A stretch of 64,000 nt of DNA from Candidatus Poseidoniaceae archaeon (lineage in GTDB: Archaea > Thermoplasmatota > Poseidoniia > Poseidoniales > Poseidoniaceae): NCBI GenBank assembly GCA_949372875.1, contig CASIAW010000002.1, positions 39,658 through 103,657 of the forward strand, in the 5' to 3' direction. The notes under the pieces were generated by a model that did not search any database, was not told the DNA's origin, and saw nothing but the letters and a program-made list of their open reading frames with translations. Shown in pieces: positions 1 through 7,364 of the stretch. Both the position numbers and the translations under genes were made by a program. The first letter of the stretch is position 1, and each line of letters opens with the position of its first letter.

Positions 1-214
1 CCGATGGAGTGGTTCGAATTTGAACAGCCTTACGGCTATGTAGATTGTTTTCAATCAAACTCGTAGTTTGATTCGCTTGTATGCACGGTGTTCCCACAGT
101 CCCGCCCTTACAGGCGAGGTATTCCGCGGGGAGGACCGAGTAAAACTACCGTGCTTCACTTGTCGCGAGCATGTCGCGTTCAATGTGTGCGTTCGGCGGC
201 GCTCGATACCTGTT

Positions 215-514
215 TCAACCGAAAAGGGAACCAAGACCGTCGAAACCGCCTGCTTCTTCTTCTTCCTCTTCCTCTTCAACAGGGGCAGGGGCGTCTGAAG
301 AACCAGCAGCAGCTGCGGGAGCAGCGGCAGCAGGAGCGGCAACAGCCTGGGTCATTGCATCAGCGATGTCAACACCGTCAAGAGAAGCAACCAGTGCTTT
401 CACTCGAGCGTCGTCAGCTTTCACGCCAGCAGCCTTTAGAATGGCGCTCACGGTTTTTTCGTCAATGTCTTTTTCAGCAGCGTGCAGTAGCATAGCAGCG
501 TATACGTATTCCAT
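215..514 (-). CDS. rpl12: 50S ribosomal stalk protein P1 (L12)
   Basis: 99-aa ORF with an Ala-rich hinge, a poly-Glu tract and a C-terminal ...GGFDGLGSLFG tail, which is diagnostic of archaeal/eukaryotic P1/P2. A GAGGTGA SD (521-527) sits 6 nt upstream of the ATG. The gene lies 3' of P0, as in the conserved operon. Confidence 0.9.
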   Translation of the reverse strand: MEYVYAAMLLHAAEKDIDEKTVSAILKAAGVKADDARVKALVASLDGVDIADAMTQAVAAPAAAAPAAAAGSSDAPAPVEEEEEEEEAGGFDGLGSLFG

Positions 515-520
515 ATTTTT

Positions 521-527
521 TCACCTC
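521..527 (-). promoter_or_regulatory. Shine-Dalgarno GAGGTGA for rpl12
   Basis: The minus-strand GAGGTGA sits 6 nt upstream of the rpl12 ATG. The same heptamer precedes rpl10 (1559-1565) and rpl1 (2202-2208). Confidence 0.5.
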
Positions 528-537
528 ATTATTTAGT

Positions 538-1554
538 TCAACCGAATAGATCTCCGAGTCCGCCGAAGCTTTCCTCTTCTTCCTCTTCTTCCTCTTCTTC
601 GGCTTCAGTTGGTACCTCAGAAGTGCTTTCAGGAGAACTTGCAACGGATGCGGCAGCGGATGCTGCTGCGCCCAACATGTTGGCAAGTTCTTCATCGAGT
701 GCGTCGCTGTCAAGCTGTCCAGCAACGGCCATAGCGCCGTTGTGTGCTCGTCCAACGAGATGTGGCATGGTTTCTGCAGTAGCGATTGCAGCCTCCAGTG
801 CAACGGCCATTGCCTCTCGGCTGGCCTTTGCAAGAATTGTTGGCATTGTTTGGTTGGTATACCAAGTAATGTTGCAAGCGAGATTGAATGCACCAGCAGC
901 ATAGCTGATGAGGTCGGTCTCGAATTGCTCGAAGTCAATAGCAAGAGTGCTTGGCGAGAAGACTGTGCCGTCTTCAAGAGTGCCGCACAATCGCAGACCA
1001 GTGACAATTGGATTAATTCCAATCTTCGAGAGCATCATACCCATGTCGCCTTCAAAGACATCGCCTTCTTCAAGAACCACGGTTCGCTTTTGGATTTGGA
1101 CAGAGCCGCCCATAATCTTAGCAGGAATTCCAACGGAGTTCAATTCACCAACAATTGGCCCTGGTGGCATGCCAGTATCCATCTTTTCAATAACAATCTG
1201 ATGAGGAGCAACATCGCCTTCTTTAGCAGCACGTCCAGCCTCAGTCTTCTTGAGTTCATCGTATAGTTTGAAAGAATTGAGAGTTGATGAAGAAACCAAA
1301 GCAGGTTGAATTGCACCTTGGAACAATTCGTTAAGATTCTCATCTTTGTATCCGGCTCGCTCCCAAGCAATTGTCATCAAACGCTTCTTTGCAACTTGAA
1401 TTTTCATGTCGGTGCGAAGTGTCGCTCGCATACCGAGCATTGCTCCAGCAGGAACGCCGTGAATATCGATAACTGCAAGAGTGTCTCCACTCTTGATGAG
1501 GTCAACAAGATCTTGAACGGTGTCTTTCTTCCAAGACACGACCTTAGGAATCAA
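538..1554 (-). CDS. rpl10: 50S ribosomal protein P0 (L10)
   Basis: 338 aa. The N-terminal L10 fold and the C-terminal poly-Glu tract with ...SFGGLGDLFG match the aP0 signature. The start appears to be TTG (1552-1554); it overlaps the rpl1 stop and GAGGTGA is upstream. Confidence 0.9.
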   Translation of the reverse strand: MIPKVVSWKKDTVQDLVDLIKSGDTLAVIDIHGVPAGAMLGMRATLRTDMKIQVAKKRLMTIAWERAGYKDENLNELFQGAIQPALVSSSTLNSFKLYDELKKTEAGRAAKEGDVAPHQIVIEKMDTGMPPGPIVGELNSVGIPAKIMGGSVQIQKRTVVLEEGDVFEGDMGMMLSKIGINPIVTGLRLCGTLEDGTVFSPSTLAIDFEQFETDLISYAAGAFNLACNITWYTNQTMPTILAKASREAMAVALEAAIATAETMPHLVGRAHNGAMAVAGQLDSDALDEELANMLGAAASAAASVASSPESTSEVPTEAEEEEEEEEEESFGGLGDLFG

Positions 1555-2195
1555 TTAATCACCTCAACTGCGCATGATGGCCCCATCGTTGTCTTGATGT
1601 AGAGGGAGCGTATGTTTCCAACGCCACGCTCAAGCTTGGAGATAACACGGTTGTAAATCTCCATTGCGTTGGAGTAGAGTTCATCTTCAGATTGGCTCAC
1701 AGTTCCGAATGAGATTTGGAATGTCATTCGGTCGCCGGACTTGACAACAACTGTTGATTGCAGACCTGCTGCAATAACTCCAGGGTCAAGTGTAGGAGGG
1801 ACTGGGCGAGGCATCTTTCCTCGAGGACCGAGAACGACACCAAGGTATCGTCCAATGAGTCCCATGTGTGGGACTTCTGAAAGGAAGAAATCGAATGCAT
1901 TTGCAATTTTCTTTGCCTTTCCTTTGTTGCCGCCAAGGTCTTCAATTTCTTGAGGGGTGATGACGTGGATTCCAGCAGCCTTTGCTTTTGTTGCAGCTTC
2001 TCCAGCAGCAAACATAGCAATTTTAAGTTCTCGACCACGGCCAGATGGAAGACGAACTTCCTCCTTGATACGGTTGTTAGGGTTCTTCAAGTCGACGTCA
2101 CGGATGGTGAATGCAATATCCACGGACTCGACAAATTTTCTTTTTGGAGCACTCTCAAGTGCGTCCTTAATTGCTTGATTAATTTTGTTTTCCAT
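1551..2195 (-). CDS. rpl1: 50S ribosomal protein L1
   Basis: 214 aa, with a typical L1 sequence and length. GAGGTGA is 6 nt upstream. Its stop overlaps the rpl10 start. Confidence 0.9.
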   Translation of the reverse strand: MENKINQAIKDALESAPKRKFVESVDIAFTIRDVDLKNPNNRIKEEVRLPSGRGRELKIAMFAAGEAATKAKAAGIHVITPQEIEDLGGNKGKAKKIANAFDFFLSEVPHMGLIGRYLGVVLGPRGKMPRPVPPTLDPGVIAAGLQSTVVVKSGDRMTFQISFGTVSQSEDELYSNAMEIYNRVISKLERGVGNIRSLYIKTTMGPSCAVEVIN

Positions 2196-2257
2196 TTTTG
2201 TTCACCTCAGTGGTCAGCGAGACGCTCAATGGCGCCTCTACCACGGTTCGTGATGTT

Positions 2258-2539
2258 TCAATTAAACCGCTCGTCCCATTCTCCTTTGTTAATGATTGCG
2301 AGGGCATCATTGGCCCAGTGTCCGTCGATCTTAACACGCATCGAAACGCATGTTCCAATGATTTCTTTTGTTTGTGCCTTCAAGTCAGCGCCGGTCAGAT
2401 GACCGAGGCCGTGCTTCTCTTGAGCGACTTCCATTGCCTTCTCGAGAGGGAGGTCTTCAACTGCAGCCTCAACACTACCGTTGCACTTCTTCACACCAAG
2501 AGCTTTGATGATAAGTTTAGATGTCCAAGGTTTCGGCAT
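2258..2539 (-). CDS. rpl11: ribosomal protein L11, C-terminal domain only (N-terminal domain not encoded)
   Basis: The ATG-initiated product MPKPWTSKLIIKALGVKK...GTCVSMRVKIDG aligns to L11 residues ~72-141 (the rRNA-binding CTD, with the GTxxSMG motif). GGAG lies 10 nt upstream. The reading frame is closed by a stop 16 codons upstream of a possible GTG, and the spt5 stop is only 53 nt upstream. There is therefore no room for the ~70-aa NTD (the PPxGPxLG region). Confidence 0.6.
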   Translation of the reverse strand: MPKPWTSKLIIKALGVKKCNGSVEAAVEDLPLEKAMEVAQEKHGLGHLTGADLKAQTKEIIGTCVSMRVKIDGHWANDALAIINKGEWDERFN

Positions 2540-2590
2540 TGTTTCAACTCCATTGCTCACTATGTGGGCATTCAGCCGACAAAACACCCC

Positions 2591-2596
2591 TATATA
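2591..2596 (-). promoter_or_regulatory. TATA-like box (TATATA) between spt5 and rpl11
   Basis: A TATATA hexamer lies ~50 nt upstream of the rpl11 ATG in the 53-nt spt5-rpl11 spacer. It is a possible internal promoter. Confidence 0.3.
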
Positions 2597-2639
2597 ATCG
2601 CGCTGTGCGATGGGTGTTGAGTGGCTAAGCCCTCAAAAA

Positions 2640-3563
2640 TCACTCGACACGCTCCACGACACGAACGTGGTCGCCACGCATGTTAAGAGTCATTGGAATT
2701 GGTTGTTCATACAATTCCATGCTGACTTCTTCTTTGGATTCCGCTACACTGAGGACACGCGCCTTCTCACCTTTGAAAGCGCCTGTGACGATTTCGACGA
2801 TGCATCCGACTTCGATTCCAGAGGTCACTGCCTTCGGTTCGAGGTATGGGAGAATGTCGGCAAGAGGTGCCTCGCCAGGTAGAACGGTCTTTGCGTTCTT
2901 CAACGGCGTTTGGTTCAATCCACGGCGTGCCGCAGGGTCTCGGCCACCAGAGCGACCAATCAATTTCTCAACGTGGTGAAGAGCACTTGATTCAATGAAG
3001 AGGTAACCGCGCATTCCAGTTGGGTGGAGAATCGACATAATATCTGGGAGAAGCGATGTCAGTGAACCGCTTCCGTGAAGTCGGTTATACATTTCATCAG
3101 CAACACGCTGTTCGGAACCGATGGCGGTTTTCACGATGTAAAGGAAAGAACCGACTGAACCATACATTTCACGGAACAACTTGTCGTTATTTTCCATATC
3201 GAGGTTTGAAAAGATACAGTTGTAGTTTCCAAGAGTCCCTGGATCAATCCATTCAGATTCAGTGTAACGGCCAGTAGGTGTTACTTCATCAGTGCTGGAA
3301 ACGACCAATACAGGTACGACATCGACCAAAGAACGGCCCATATCAACACCGCGCTCAGGGCCTGAGTCATGGTAGTGAAGAGATTCAATTGGGATACCTG
3401 TGGATTCAGAAACTCGTGCAATGACTTCTTCTGGAGTGTCGCCAATTCCCCAAACGCCATCCCACAATGCTGGGAAGTCGCCATCGGATTTGCTGCGGCG
3501 CAACAAAAGGAGTTTTTCTTCAAATCGAACGTATGCTACAAATGCTTCAGTCATTTCATTCAT
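2640..3563 (-). CDS. spt5: Spt5 (NusG homolog; NGN + KOW) with an in-frame ~130-aa N-terminal NUDIX-like extension
   Basis: The C-terminal ~175 aa contain an NGN domain (FLYIVKTAIGSEQRVADEM ... GYLFIESS) and a KOW motif (GCIVEIVTGAFKGEKARVLSV). The N-terminal ~130 aa (FVAYVRFEEKLLLLRRS...GIGDTPEEVIARVSESTGIP...ESEWIDPGTL) resemble a NUDIX fold with a degenerate Nudix box. No stop separates the two parts. Spt5 proper may start at an internal Met (~3197 or ~3167). Confidence 0.65.
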   Translation of the reverse strand: MNEMTEAFVAYVRFEEKLLLLRRSKSDGDFPALWDGVWGIGDTPEEVIARVSESTGIPIESLHYHDSGPERGVDMGRSLVDVVPVLVVSSTDEVTPTGRYTESEWIDPGTLGNYNCIFSNLDMENNDKLFREMYGSVGSFLYIVKTAIGSEQRVADEMYNRLHGSGSLTSLLPDIMSILHPTGMRGYLFIESSALHHVEKLIGRSGGRDPAARRGLNQTPLKNAKTVLPGEAPLADILPYLEPKAVTSGIEVGCIVEIVTGAFKGEKARVLSVAESKEEVSMELYEQPIPMTLNMRGDHVRVVERVE

Positions 3564-3574
3564 CTCCTAAGTGT

Positions 3575-3844
3575 TCAGTTCCCGATGTTCAAAACATCAA
3601 AAAGCCAAGGGAAGAAATTGTCCATCATGACGAGCATGACAAATCCAATTGCTCCAAGAACGAAAAGTCCGATGCCGCAAATAATCGAAGTCTGTTTGAA
3701 TTCTTGAGCGGTTGGCTTACGGGCCATACGAATGATACGAGCCCAAGAACCTCGGGATACTCGGCGGAATTGGGACTCAATCCAGTCTTGACGGTCCTGA
3801 ACTTTATCTTCGAATGAACGTTTTTCTGCAGTTTCACCAGACAT
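3575..3844 (-). CDS. secE: protein translocase subunit SecE (Sec61-gamma)
   Basis: Small protein with a single C-terminal TM helix (KPTAQEFKQTSIICGIGLFVLGAIGFVML). It lies immediately upstream of spt5, matching the conserved secE-nusG-rplK order. The start is uncertain; the MSGET Met was chosen. Confidence 0.65.
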   Translation of the reverse strand: MSGETAEKRSFEDKVQDRQDWIESQFRRVSRGSWARIIRMARKPTAQEFKQTSIICGIGLFVLGAIGFVMLVMMDNFFPWLFDVLNIGN

Positions 3845-3981
3845 GGTACAACCTCGGGCTTTCAATGCCACCTACCCTCCCAATATAACCACTCCGTCGC
3901 GAGAGGTGACTCAATCTCTCCCAAGTTTTCACGATTCTATGTTGCGAGGGTTGATGTGGGAGTGGCGAGGAAGGGCGTTCA

Positions 3982-4878
3982 ATGGCGCAGCAGGACCCCT
4001 ATTCCGTTCTTGGCGTTGGCCGTAATGCCAGCGATGTGGAAATTAAACGGGCGTTTCGTAAAAAAGCCCGCCAATACCACCCGGACCGAAATCCGGATAA
4101 TGATTCAGCAGAAGCAAAATTCAAGGAAGTTCAAGCGGCCTACGAAACTATTGCGACTGCCAAAGATCGAGCGGAACATGAACAACAACAACGCATGTCC
4201 TCAATGTTTGGTAACGGCGGTGGAGCCTCATTTGGGGGTGGAGGAATGGATGATGTCTTTAGCCAAATGTTTGGCGGCGGTGGACGAGGCCGTGGCGGAA
4301 ATCCGTTTGGCGGCATGGGCCAACAACCTCGTCAGAGGCAACAACGCCCCAAAGGCACCGATATCGGAGTAAGCCTCGATTTAACAACTGAAGAAGCAGA
4401 GAAGGGCGGTGTGTTTTCCTTTTCATTCAAAAGACTCAAGCAGAATCAAAGCGGTAAGATGGAAGCGACGACCACCACACTTCGCACATCGGTGAAAGCG
4501 GGCGTCAAACATGGTACAACCACTCGAATGAAAGGACAAGGCCATGACCACCCCGAAGGCGACGCTGGTGACGTGATGTTGACGATTCGAATTCAGTTTG
4601 GAGAAGGGAGGTTTTGGGATAAAGACATCCTGATACAAGAAGTCCCGACCCCATTCAGTACGCTCATGCTTGGAGGGAAAGTCAAAGTCACGCTCCCGAA
4701 CAAAAAGAAAATCATGTTGAGTGTCACGCCTGAAACATTGGTTGGAGACAGACAACGTATCGCAGGTGCTGGATATGATGGAGGCGATTTAGAACTCGAA
4801 TTTATCTTACCAGATTATGATGAACTGACCAGTGAGCAATTGAAAGCCCTTGAGGAACTTAAGAACACAGGGTTGTAG
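3982..4878 (+). CDS. dnaJ: J-domain protein (DnaJ/CbpA-like, no zinc finger)
   Basis: N-terminal J domain with YHPD, followed by a Gly/Phe-rich region and a C-terminal substrate-binding region. No CxxCxGxG repeats are present. Confidence 0.8.
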   Translation: MAQQDPYSVLGVGRNASDVEIKRAFRKKARQYHPDRNPDNDSAEAKFKEVQAAYETIATAKDRAEHEQQQRMSSMFGNGGGASFGGGGMDDVFSQMFGGGGRGRGGNPFGGMGQQPRQRQQRPKGTDIGVSLDLTTEEAEKGGVFSFSFKRLKQNQSGKMEATTTTLRTSVKAGVKHGTTTRMKGQGHDHPEGDAGDVMLTIRIQFGEGRFWDKDILIQEVPTPFSTLMLGGKVKVTLPNKKKIMLSVTPETLVGDRQRIAGAGYDGGDLELEFILPDYDELTSEQLKALEELKNTGL

Positions 4879-4886
4879 GTGAGTGT

Positions 4887-7259
4887 ATGAGTCGCAGAGG
4901 CAAGCACAATAATCGTGGCTCAAAACACCGTTCGAAAGGCCCGAAACTTTCGGAAGGTGAACGGCTTTGGAAACGCCTTTCGAATCATTTTAGCGAGGAC
5001 TCTACACTTTGGGAGACCGAATGGAGTGGAGAGGCTTTAGCAAATTTCCTCATCGAACGAGAAAATCTCAATCGAGACTTCTCCAAAGATGCGCGTTCTG
5101 AACGCGCTTTCCGCAGCGAAATAGACGAAACATTAGCGCATGCCCGTTCCAAAAAAGAACATTTTGTAGAAAGAGAAAACAAACTGGTTCGGATTCGTTC
5201 GCCCTCCGAAACTCAACAGATAAAATCCTCAGTATTGGATTGGCAGGCATTCAGTGCAGTTCATGCTTCGAAAGGTTCAACCAGCCTACATGGTCGCCCT
5301 GCCTTGAATCAAGAAAATGCTCATCTTCTCCCAACGATGAATACCGATCATATGGAACGATATGAACTGCTCGAAGAAGTTTGGTTGGCGCATCTCGGTG
5401 GCGAAGATTATCCCGAATCTTTTTCACTCCTACCTGATGAAGTTGTGAGGTCATGGGGCAAATTTGACCTCGTGAGTGAAGCGAGGTTCATCGCCAACCG
5501 TCGTTCAGGGTTGCGGTTTCGAGAGGCTGAACCGAGCATGGCCCTCTTGTTAGTTCAATCAGGACGTCTCAATGCGCGTGAACTCTTGAACTTACGACTT
5601 GAAAATAAGCGTAAAGGTGGATGGAATCCGTTTCCAAGTATCTATGACGAAGCTCTCGTAGAGGCTGCGAACCGCCTACCTGAACTTGATAGCGAGAAGG
5701 AACTCTCAGAACGAAGAGAAGACTTGCGTCACCTCCCCTTTGTTACCATTGACCCTCATGATGCGAAAGATTTCGATGATGCAGTGTGCTTAATCGAGAA
5801 GAACGGCATGCGGACACTATGGGTTGCTATAGCCGATGTCGCCCACTATGTTCAACCGGATTCGCGACTGGATGGAGCTGCTCGCTCACGAGCGACTTCG
5901 GTCTATTTGCCTCATGCAGTCCTGCCAATGCTGCCGCCCCGACTGGCAGATGATCTGTGTTCACTGCGCGCTGGAGTTGACCGATTAGCCATGGTCATCG
6001 CCATGGACATCAACGATGATGATACGATTACTGATTGCAGGGCCTATGAAGCAGTTATTCAAGTCGCAGAAAACATGGCATATGAAGACGCATTAGACAA
6101 TTCCCGCTTTGCAAATATGTTCGCATTAGCAGAATCATGGCAAGCGAAGGAAGTGCGCCTCAACATTCAGAACGCTGAATTACGGCCTCGGCTCCATGGT
6201 GATGAAAAAATCAAAGTCGAGGTGAAATGGCCGAACGCAGCAACACGGATGATTGAATCATTCATGGTAGCTACAAATGCTTCAGTAGGGCATTTACTTG
6301 GAAAGTTAGGTGCGCCATTACCATGGCGATGCCACACACCACCAGACGCAGTGGAAGTGGAGGAGTTAAACGCAAAGCTCACTGCATTGGGAGTCGACAT
6401 TGAATTGCCAATGCCGAGCCTCAGAACGCATGGACAATCAGAAGAGAGCGAACTTACCGACTTGTTAGCCGGTTGGGCAGGCGGTTCAATTGACATCTCA
6501 GGAATGGATACTTCAGAAGAGCAGGGAACTGATGATACCCCCGAATATCTTTCAAGCGTACTTGACTCAGAAGCCCGTCAAGATATCCTCGATGCTCTGG
6601 AACAAGCCCAAAAGCAAGCCTCAGAACTCAAAGGCCCCGTCCGAAGAGTGGTTGACCAAGGTTTGTTTCATCTGATGCAGAGGGCAACATACAGTGCTGA
6701 GAACCTCGGGCACTTTGGACTCAACCTCGATGCGTATGTTCACTTTACCAGCCCAATACGCCGCTATCCAGATTTGATGGCGCATCGCCAATTGAAGGCG
6801 CACCTTCGGGGAGAGGGATGGGTTCATTCCTTCGAAGAAACAGCCAAAATTTCGAAGCATTGCAGTGAACAAGGTCACGCAGCAAAACGAATTGAGTGGG
6901 AGTTAGTCGCAAATGCTTACCACCTTCACTTGTTACGCGGTGGAAAAATCGGCGGCGAAAGTTCAACGGAAACGACTCCCCTGGAACACACTTCTTGGGC
7001 TGCAAGAATAACCGGATTACGCACCCCTTGGGTCTTCTTGGATTTAGCCGATGATGGAGCGATTCACGGACGGATGCACCTTCGCCAAATCGGAGGAAAA
7101 ACGCAAATGAGCGTCGATGAACACGGGCTAGCGGTGATTCCTGCTGAACCGGACCAACGTGGAGAACAACATCCAGTAGTTCAACTCGGCCAGATCTTCT
7201 CTTGCAGACTACGCGGTTTGGATGTGTGGGCAGGCTCTCTTGATTTAGCCCCACAATAG
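4887..7259 (+). CDS. rnr: RNB-domain 3'-5' exoribonuclease (RNase R/RNase II family)
   Basis: 790 aa. The RNB catalytic motifs FVTIDPHDAKDFDDAV and HFGLNLDAYVHFTSPIRRYPDLMAHRQL are present. GGTGAG SD is 3 nt upstream. The N-terminus is atypical and basic, not a canonical CSD pair. Confidence 0.8.
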   Translation: MSRRGKHNNRGSKHRSKGPKLSEGERLWKRLSNHFSEDSTLWETEWSGEALANFLIERENLNRDFSKDARSERAFRSEIDETLAHARSKKEHFVERENKLVRIRSPSETQQIKSSVLDWQAFSAVHASKGSTSLHGRPALNQENAHLLPTMNTDHMERYELLEEVWLAHLGGEDYPESFSLLPDEVVRSWGKFDLVSEARFIANRRSGLRFREAEPSMALLLVQSGRLNARELLNLRLENKRKGGWNPFPSIYDEALVEAANRLPELDSEKELSERREDLRHLPFVTIDPHDAKDFDDAVCLIEKNGMRTLWVAIADVAHYVQPDSRLDGAARSRATSVYLPHAVLPMLPPRLADDLCSLRAGVDRLAMVIAMDINDDDTITDCRAYEAVIQVAENMAYEDALDNSRFANMFALAESWQAKEVRLNIQNAELRPRLHGDEKIKVEVKWPNAATRMIESFMVATNASVGHLLGKLGAPLPWRCHTPPDAVEVEELNAKLTALGVDIELPMPSLRTHGQSEESELTDLLAGWAGGSIDISGMDTSEEQGTDDTPEYLSSVLDSEARQDILDALEQAQKQASELKGPVRRVVDQGLFHLMQRATYSAENLGHFGLNLDAYVHFTSPIRRYPDLMAHRQLKAHLRGEGWVHSFEETAKISKHCSEQGHAAKRIEWELVANAYHLHLLRGGKIGGESSTETTPLEHTSWAARITGLRTPWVFLDLADDGAIHGRMHLRQIGGKTQMSVDEHGLAVIPAEPDQRGEQHPVVQLGQIFSCRLRGLDVWAGSLDLAPQ

Positions 7260-7364
7260 TATTGCAGTCAATACCAAGTGTTATACAAACTACAGGAATC
7301 GCAATACCATGTCGATTGGAACATCTTGGCATGTGGAAATTCAAACTGCAAGTAGGTGAAAGAT

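Noticed and set aside
11-30. GGTTCGAAT T-loop-like motif at the window start
   Set aside because: No complementary T-stem or acceptor stem can be formed on either strand. It is a chance palindrome (GTTCGAATTTGAAC).
240-600. GAA/GAG-rich simple-sequence tracts
   Set aside because: They encode the poly-Glu C-terminal tails of P1 and P0. They are not intergenic microsatellites.
55-1266. Several 60-180-aa ORFs antisense to or overlapping rpl12/rpl10 (55..342-, 88..495+, 171..536+, 742..1266+)
   Set aside because: Their compositions are repetitive Ala/Ser/Leu/Gln-rich mirrors of the ribosomal coding strand. The opposite strand encodes unmistakable P1/P0, so these are spurious.
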